Below, in pieces: positions 55,026-64,000 of a stretch of 64,000 nt of DNA. The DNA comes from Octopus vulgaris (Eukaryota). Below the pieces are notes generated by a model. The model saw nothing but the letters and a program-made list of their open reading frames with translations, was not told the origin of the DNA and ran no database searches. Both the position numbers and the translations under genes were made by a program. The stretch lies in assembly GCA_951406725.2 (NCBI GenBank), contig OX597814.1, positions 171,306,001 to 171,370,000 of the forward strand, in the 5' to 3' direction. Position 1 is the first letter of the stretch. The number at the start of each line of letters is the position of its first letter.

Positions 55026-55075
55026 GTCTATATAGCTGTTTCCAGGATATTTATTTATATCCCTTCATTGGAGAT
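55026..55075 (-). ncRNA. Hammerhead motif (57.5-kb family), degenerate
   Basis: Minus: ATCT-CCAATGA-AGGGATAT...ATATCCTG-GAAAC-AGCT-ATA-TAGAC. Confidence 0.55.
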
Positions 55076-55104
55076 GGTGTGAGAGGATGGTTAAGCAATA
55101 GTTA

Positions 55105-55164
<60 letters not shown>

Positions 55165-55226
55165 GCACACATTCTGTATATGTAAAAAGGGTAAGGGTAT
55201 CATGTATATATGTACGTATATGTACA

Positions 55227-55258
<32 letters not shown>

Positions 55259-55905
55259 CGTACATGCATACATACTTACGTCTCTCTCTTTCTCTCTCTC
55301 TATACAAGTATGTCTTTGTGTGTAATGCATCCATGCATATATACATACATCCATACATATATGCATAATTACATACGTACATGTATACATGCAGACATAC
55401 CTACACACTCCAACTGAGTGAGTGTCTCTGTATGCGTATGTGTATGCTTGCATGTGTGTCTGTATTTATATATATGGATATATATGTAAATGTGGGTGTA
55501 TATATATGTACGCGTATATGTTTAAATGTTGGGAATGTAATAACACAGTAAATATCTGATATATATAAATACATACATACACGCACACACACACACACAC
55601 ACACGTACGCACATACACACATATGCAATATTTGTTATATATATATACATATATATATATATATGGACATGTATAACGATTGGCAATTTTGTACCCACTA
55701 ATTGCGTAATATCTATCTATCTATTTGTCTGTCTGTCTGTCTTTATATAGATATATGTCTGTGTATCTTTCTATTATATATTCTTAGAAATGCACACGTG
55801 TGTGTATGTATATACATACATACATACATGTACATATATATATAATATATACATATATATACATATATTATGCATACATTTGTTTACATTTTGTGTGTAT
55901 ATATG

Positions 55906-55940
<35 letters not shown>

Positions 55941-55973
55941 TATATAATTATATATGTAAACGTATAGATACAT

Positions 55974-56023
<50 letters not shown>

Positions 56024-56170
56024 TATGCATACACTTGTACACCTGTTAATGCAAGTGTACGTATAATATATATATATGTAAACATACAATTATCTATATA
56101 CATATATGCATACATACATATGTATATTAGTATATGTGTGTGTATGTATCAATATACGTATGCATGTACG

Positions 56171-56213
<43 letters not shown>

Positions 56214-56503
56214 ATACATATATATATATAAAAAGTACATATATAAACATGTATATATATATATATATACCTATATGTATATATATAATATATACGTATA
56301 TATATGTACACACACACATATATATACCTATGCACATACGTCTATATTCATATACGTATACATGTGCATATATATATAATATGTATATATATATTCATGT
56401 ACATATGTGTGCGTGTATATTTATATGTATATATACACATATATATAATATACATATACATAGATATTTATTCATACACACACACACACTCACACCCACA
56501 CAC

Positions 56504-56536
<33 letters not shown>

Positions 56537-56650
56537 TATAATATACATACATATGCATACACACACACATATATATTTGTGTGTGTATGTGTGTATCTCA
56601 CATGTCGGGCTCGGTCGGCGCGCGTATGTATATGTTTCTATGCAACGATG

Positions 56651-56734
<84 letters not shown>

Positions 56735-56776
56735 AATATATATTTATATATATGTAAATATATATTTATATATATG

Positions 56777-56836
<60 letters not shown>

Positions 56837-57252
56837 TATATTACTTAACTTATTCGCGTAATCATGCACATGTGTCTATGTAATTTTGAATGTGATGTTG
56901 AAGCCACTCAGTTCACGCCCGTTAATAGAAAATAAACCAAGGAAAACAATAACAATAGCAACAACAACAACAACAACAACAACGAGGAAAAATAGCAACA
57001 AGAACGACATTACCAGTGAGATAGCATGTGAATGTATTCGAATATTTTACAGCAATTTTATTCGGTCACAAATTTCAAGTAACAATATCGTAAACGTTCC
57101 AAGAACATTAAATCACTATCTCAGTTTTATGACTCAAAATAAGCTGAAAGACCAGAGCTTTTTGTCGTAATGTTTAGACGCTGGCACACACACACACACA
57201 CACATACACACACACACACACATACACACACGCACACATTCTATCGGGACAC

Positions 57253-57293
<41 letters not shown>

Positions 57294-57333
57294 AGCCTCA
57301 AAATTACGACATATATATATATATGTATATGTA

Positions 57334-57522
57334 CTCTTTTACTCGTTTGCTTGTATCAGTTATTTGAATGTGGCTATGCTGGAGCAGCGCCTTTAGTCGA
57401 GCAAATCGACCCTAGGACTTATTCTCTGTAAGGCTAGTACTTATTCTATCGCTCTATTTTGCCGAACCGCTAAGTTACCGGGACGTAACCACACCAGCAT
57501 CGGTTGTCAAGCGATGTTGCGG
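57334..57522 (-). mobile_element. SINE family A 3' half
   Basis: Matches 35143-35325. Confidence 0.85.
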
Positions 57523-57546
57523 GTACATAATTTTTCCTGTTACGCC

Positions 57547-57598
57547 GTCTCTGATGAAGGGATATCATTAATTAATATCCTAGAAACAGCTGTAAGAC
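57547..57598 (+). ncRNA. Minimal type I hammerhead ribozyme motif
   Basis: GTCT-CTGATGA-AG-GGATAT-loop-ATATCC-TA-GAAAC-AGCT-GTA-AGAC; palindromic stem III ACAGCTGT. Confidence 0.85.
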
Positions 57599-57795
57599 CT
57601 TATATCTATAAATGCTCTAATATCTATACAGCTTTGGTCTTTTTATCTTACTACGCAAATAATCCATATATACACACGCTGACATAGAACCAACGTTGAA
57701 CCCTTTATTCGCAATATTACCGAATTTGGAACTTAACTATGGTCTCTCTATAGCACTTATTCAGCATTACCTGACACCTTTGGGTCTCAATGACA

Positions 57796-57879
<84 letters not shown>

Positions 57880-57937
57880 ATATAAACACATATATATATT
57901 TGTATATATATATATATATCTTTATCTATATCTTTCT

Positions 57938-58333
57938 TCTTTTTTACTTGTTTCAGTCATTTGACTGGGCATGCTGGAGCACCGCCTTTAGTCGAGCAAA
58001 TCGACCCCGGGACTTATTCTTTGTAAGCCCAGTACTTATTCTATCGGTCTCTTTTTGCCGAACCGCTAAGTGACGGGGATGTAAACACACCAGCATCGGT
58101 TGTCAAGCAATGCTAGGGGGACAAACACAGACACACAAATACACATACATATATATATATCTATACATATATACGACAGGCTTCTTTCAGTTTCCGTCTA
58201 CCAAATCCACTCACAAGGCATTGGTCGGCCCGGGGCTATAGCAGAAGACACTTGCCCAAGATGCCACGCAGTGGCACTGAACCCGGAACCATGAGGTTGG
58301 TTAAAGCTACTTACCACACAGACACTCCTGGCC
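57938..58333 (-). mobile_element. SINE family A, full length
   Basis: Colinear with 35143-35553. Confidence 0.9.
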
Positions 58334-58469
58334 TATGTATATAAACATATATATATATTTGTATATATATATATATATATGTATATAAACATATATGCAT
58401 ATTTGTATATATATATATATATGTATATATATGTAAATGTATATAAACATATGCCTATATATTTGTATG

Positions 58470-58521
<52 letters not shown>

Positions 58522-59267
58522 GTGTATGTGTGTGTCTTCATGTCTGCGCGCATGTGCATGTGTATATTTATGTATATATATGTAGATATATATGTATTTA
58601 TATACTTATATGTACACATATATATACTTAAATAATATATATATATATATATATACTTATATAATATATATATATATATATATACTATATACATATATAC
58701 ATATACACGCACACACACACACACATGTATATATATATATATATATGTATACATACCATACGTATATGCATACATACACAAACAATATATATGTAGTCAT
58801 TTATAAACAAATAAGCGCATGTATCAATATGATCATATATATATATGATAGGCATTTATATGTATATGTACACACATATATTTCAATATAAATGTATATA
58901 AATATTTAGAAATACAACTATTTATATATATATATATATATGCAAAGTGAGATAGGGGTTGTGAGTGTAACCCTCTATGGGATAACATATATCCAATATA
59001 CTGCCAGTAAAGGACCGAACAATGTTATTACATAAATGTTAAGAATTGCGATGCAATTAATTCATTTATTGTATTATATGGGCGAAGGTAAAATGTTTTA
59101 CCTCAAATTCAAAATCCGAGATGCAGCACGGATTTTTGTCAGTGAACAGGTCGTGGTCTTATAGCGACGAAAATATTTTGACAAATTAAACTTAAATGTT
59201 GAAGTGAATCGAACGGCTTTTGTGTGTTTCTTAAATGGCTTACAAACACCTTCCACGCTGCAATTGT

Positions 59268-59308
<41 letters not shown>

Positions 59309-59663
59309 TGTGTGTGTGTATGAGAATATGTATGTATTCTTCGAGTATGTGTGTGTGTGTGTTACGTATATCTGTACATCGAATCCACAACATGCATATG
59401 TATATACAGTCATAAGTAGTGCTTTCGGTTGTTGGTTTGGGCCTGCCTCGCGTTTTATCTCGGATGTACGTACTTTAATTTTGCTTCAGTCCCTGTCGCT
59501 GAAACTCGTCCCATACAAGACTTATTAATCCCCCTCCAACTATTCACACTTGTGGACATTTCTCTGGCAGGACCAAGAAAGTTTTTTCGCAACAACACTG
59601 GTATTTGAAAGAAGTAGCGGAACCACGGTACATATCACAGACTGAAATATTTCTTTATGTGTA

Positions 59664-59696
<33 letters not shown>

Positions 59697-60252
59697 GATT
59701 TAAATGTATCAGTATGACAATCTGTAGCTGTAATGAGGCTCCAATTCGGGAGTACCGGAGTTGTAGGGAGCTTGAATTCACTCCTTAGTTACCATTTACT
59801 TCCCGCTCTGTTCTGAACTAGACGAGTAGTAGCTGTCCAGATCCTACATATGGATTAATAGCTTTCCCAGTGTGTCGAGGAGAATCCCTTTATTTTCAAT
59901 AAAGCCTTAGGGAGTCTATATCTTTAAGGAGTAGGATACTCTGACGCAAGACTTGCTGTGAAAATAATTCAAGTCATCTTGTAATGTCCATCACTGGGAT
60001 CTACCAAGATTGACAAAAGTTTTGTACAAGCATTTGTCACTTAAATTCCAATGACGTACAAAATGCCTTACTATTATTTCATTTCTTGATCCTTTTTTAA
60101 TCTTATTGTGTTATGGCGATGGATGTACGGTGTGAAAGATCGTATCTGTACACATGCAAGGATGAAAGTAAATCAGAACAATCAGGTTGAATATGAGATG
60201 GTTATCATCTGACAAGATGAAGCAATCATAATATATATGTACATCTATATTG

Positions 60253-60283
<31 letters not shown>

Positions 60284-60689
60284 TGCATGCATGTTTGTAA
60301 TTCCTAGACACTTTTTCTATTTCCGATTTTTTTCGTTCTCTCTCCATTTTTTCCAGCCAACCTTTTCAGTCGAAGAGCGTAGGCTCGAAACGGCAAAGAC
60401 TTTTCCATTCCTCCCGAGCGTCAAACTAATACACCTGTTTGTTGTTCCATCACTTGTTTTCGTCTTTTGTTTTTCTGCAAATTTGAACTATATGTATGTA
60501 TATCATTGTTCAAATTTTATTTCAAGATTTCTGGCCAATAGGAAAAGAGTAAATTTCTAACCTAGATTCAAGGGTCCATCATTGGAATTTCAACATCAAC
60601 AACAAACTATATTTGCTTGTATGTATGTATGTATGTATGTATGTATGTATGTATGTGTGTATGTATGTATGTATGTATGTATGTATGTA

Positions 60690-60770
<81 letters not shown>

Positions 60771-61199
60771 ATGTATGTATGTATGCATGCATGCATGTAT
60801 GTATACGCACGTGTGTCGTGTATATGCACAGAATTGTACTCATGAGTATGTATGCTCTCTTTTTAATTCAGAATAAAGTTTGATCGCCCACCTGCTCGGT
60901 ACCAACAAGGTTGTGTAAGAAAGCATTATGTGTTGTTTATGAATATTTAAAACTTAAGAAAGTCTTGCAGGGTTTTATAGTCTCAGATATCGTCATCCTT
61001 TGTAGTGTATCAGTTAAAGATTTAGATTCTCTCCCCAAGAACCCAAGTTCAGCATACTTTACTCCAGATGGGTTGGTACATATCCTGTTACTCCAATTAT
61101 AATGTGTATCTTGGGTACTGGATTTGCAAACTCCTGAATGGTGTGTAGATGTCCTCTTTTATTTAAAAAAAAACTTTGGTGACCAGAGGGCAGCTGATT

Positions 61200-61456
61200 T
61201 CTACAGCAGAACGTATCGTTTCCTTGTGGTTCCATTTGTTTGTATGTATGTCGGCAGGAGGACTTAAACGACATGCAAAGGTACATAAAGCCCAGTTACA
61301 ACTACAGCCGGCTATTACCAGTAAAGGTTTTAGTTGCCAATTTTGGTCAAGACATTGTAGATCTTTAGCTGGGCTAAAAAGTCACATTCGATCACAGCAC
61401 CAGTAACAGTTAAGCTTCGTGCAATGGCAATACTCGATAACGAGGGGGCAGCCATA
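61200..61456 (+). mobile_element. RTE-like LINE 3' end with two C2H2-like motifs
   Basis: CMSAGGLKRHAKVH...FSCQFWSRHCRSLAGLKSHIRSQH*; 50-nt UTR with CTCGATAACGAG hairpin, then (ATGT)n. Confidence 0.65.
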
Positions 61457-62098
61457 ATGTATGTATGTATGTATGTATGTATGTATGTATGTATGTATGT
61501 ATGTATGTATGTATGTATGTATGTATGTATGTATGTATGTATGTATGTACGTATGTACGTACGTACGTATGTATGCACGTATGTATGTAAGTATGTATGT
61601 AACACACATGGACGAGATAACTGTCATTGGTGAGGTTGTGTATGGTGACGTAAGGACATTGACAGACAACTGATTGGTGGTCTAAGTGACTAATTAAGCA
61701 AGTGATCAATAAGTTGTTTCGTTAAATAACTAACCAATTGAGTGATAATAAAGAATTGAAATGGAACAGGTGTGTATTTGTTATTGGCATAATAACCCTT
61801 TAAAGAAACAACAAAATGCTTCAACAAACGAGTTCTCATCAAGAATCTCGAACGCCAAATACAGTAATGACATACAAACATGCATATATACAAAAATACA
61901 TACACACTCACGCACACACATACATATATAAATTTAGATATTCGTATATATATATATATATCTTTACATATGTATATATGTGGGTATACATATGTACATA
62001 ATAGAAATAATGTACTCACATGCTTTTGTAATGTAATATACACACACACATTTTAATATATATTACATGTATTCTATATATATATATATGTATATATA

Positions 62099-62653
62099 TT
62101 GGGTTGTCCGGAAAGTTCATGCCGATTTTGAAAGGAAAGAAAAAGGTCAATAAATACTTGCCATTACATTTTTAATCAACCAAATATGAACCATTTTGTT
62201 GCGCAATGCGTCTCCATCTTTCCTTTAACTTGAAAATAGCCTCTTTCCAGAATTGAGGTGGTTTCATGGCAAAGAATTCATCAAGGTATCTTTTTTCAAG
62301 GAATTGAAATTTTTACCATTAAAACTATTCTGCAGAGACCTGAATATATGGAAATTCGAAGGTGCAACATCTGGGGAATATGGAGAGTAGGGTAACACAT
62401 CCTAACCGAGCTGCAGTGATTTTTGTCTGGTTCCCAAAGCATCAAGTGCCGAAAATGAACTTTCTTATCTTCCATTTTAAAGGGTCACAGAATTAACACA
62501 GTTTATAGGAACATAAACCTTCTTCCACGAAAAGATAGCTTAAACTGTGCTCTAAATGGAGGTGTAGTCAAATCCTATTTAATGAACTCAACCATATTCT
62601 AAAATAAGTCGAAACATAAGCTACTGTAAATCGACACGAACTTTCCGGACAAC

Positions 62654-62657
<4 letters not shown>
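62099..62657 (-). mobile_element. Mariner (mellifera-like), internally deleted, 559 bp
   Basis: 30-bp TIRs, 28/30 identical (TTGGGTTGTCCGGAAAGTTC...); TA TSD; MEDKKVHFRHLML joined to YSPYSPDVAPSNFHIFRSLQN...ERWRRIAQQNGSY. Confidence 0.92.
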
Positions 62658-62702
<45 letters not shown>

Positions 62703-63207
62703 TATGTTGGCATGTAGGCATGTGTGTGTACCTGTGTGTATGTGCACACACACATATACACACACACACGCAAACATACGGAAAGAGCGAGACAGAATGA
62801 CATTAACAGGATGCGTTCTAATGCAATAAAATTCTGGGCATATTGTATTTGTTTTGGGAACATACTTGTTCTCTACATAAGCAACCTTTTTCGACAATTT
62901 AAATAAAACAATGTTTTAAGCAAAACTTTTAAATTCTTATAAATGCATAACACTACATCTGCGTGCGCGCGTTTTCGCGTGCATATGTGCGTACGTGTAT
63001 GCGCGCGCAACCGTTGCGTGTTTATACATAGTGAGATGGAAACAGAAAGAAAGGTGGTTCATTCTTCCCATTTATTTTACATAAATATTGTAAAGTTTAA
63101 AATGAACAAAGAGTAATTTTTAATTTGTTTTTGCGCATTTTCGGTTAATAGATAACCACTTTAGACAAATACACACAATTAACCTACAAAGTTGCAGTCA
63201 GCATAAA

Positions 63208-63261
<54 letters not shown>

Positions 63262-63553
63262 TTGAATAATTCACCTCTGGAAACATGGGTGGTTCTTTCA
63301 ACATCCTTAAACAACCCTTATTCAGGGACCTTTTGAGCGGAATGGGCTACTCAACCTGAAGAAAATTCTAACTGGGCCCCACCTGCAAGGTCATGTGCTG
63401 TTTATCTTGATATGAGATCACCATGTCGCGCACATATGGTTGTGATGCATGTGTCTGGTGTACCCTTATCAGACGGGTAGTCATGATGGGTATACTGGGC
63501 TTCGTATATTTTACCCCAGTGTCACTTTGATGGCATGCACTGCTCTCTCACTC
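63262..63553 (+). mobile_element. Family C element, 5'-truncated
   Basis: Matches 11541-11832; (AAT)n on both sides. Confidence 0.9.
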
Positions 63554-63613
<60 letters not shown>

Positions 63614-63616
<3 letters not shown>

Positions 63617-63826
63617 CCTTTCTAGCGAAGGCATAAGTCCTGAAATTTGCGGGGAGGCGACTAATCGATTACATTGACGCCAGTGAAACACTGGTACTTT
63701 ATTTATCGACCCCGAAATGATGAAAGGCAAAGTCGATCTCGGCGGAATTTGAATTTAGAACATAAGGGCGGACGAAATGCCGCTAAGTATTTTGCCCGGC
63801 ATGCTAACGATTCTGCCAGCTTGTCG
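63614..63826 (-). mobile_element. SINE B2 in (AAT)n; a second copy starts at ~63946 and leaves the window
   Basis: Family B body and B2 tail. Confidence 0.85.
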
Positions 63827-63863
<37 letters not shown>

Positions 63864-64000
63864 TAATAATAATGATGATGATGATGATGATGATGACGAC
63901 GACGACGACAACAACAACAACAACAACAACAACAATAATAATAATAATCCTTTCTCCTGAAGGCACAAGGCCTGGCATTTTGGGAGAGGAGACCAGTCGA

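Noticed and set aside
61176-61406. Host C2H2 zinc-finger gene
   Set aside because: No TGEKP linkers, frameshifted start, and a short hairpin UTR plus microsatellite tail; fits an RTE LINE end.

Overview
AT-rich, repeat-dominated eukaryotic DNA with no convincing host protein-coding exon, rRNA, tRNA or CRISPR array. Almost all listed ORFs are translations of (TA)n, (TG)n, (TATG)n, (TATC)n, (TAA)n and (ATC)n microsatellites. The repeat content resembles octopus (coleoid cephalopod) intergenic or intronic DNA; this is my inference from recognising the repeats. Identifiable content: (1) dozens of tRNA-headed SINEs in families I label A (CORE-like, internal microsatellite, CR1-type tail), B (Nin-domain-like, two tails B1 and B2) and D (tRNA-Arg-like head); (2) 5'-truncated LINE ends of R4/Dong-type (restriction-like endonuclease, RLE) in (TAA)n, plus CR1, RTE and a (TATC)n-associated element; (3) a non-coding ~560-bp (TAA)n-targeted element, family C; (4) decayed DNA transposons: two mariners, a DD41D/rosa-type element, two non-autonomous Helitrons and a MITE. 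The most interesting signal is a set of type I hammerhead ribozyme motifs from several unrelated sequence families. The best preserved are at 41.9, 52.5 and 57.55 kb. Some lie in or next to palindromes, as expected for Penelope-like elements or retrozymes. The window also shows SINE-LINE tail sharing and an orientation rule for insertions in (TAA)n. Coordinates were read by eye, so ends of degenerate repeats are approximate.
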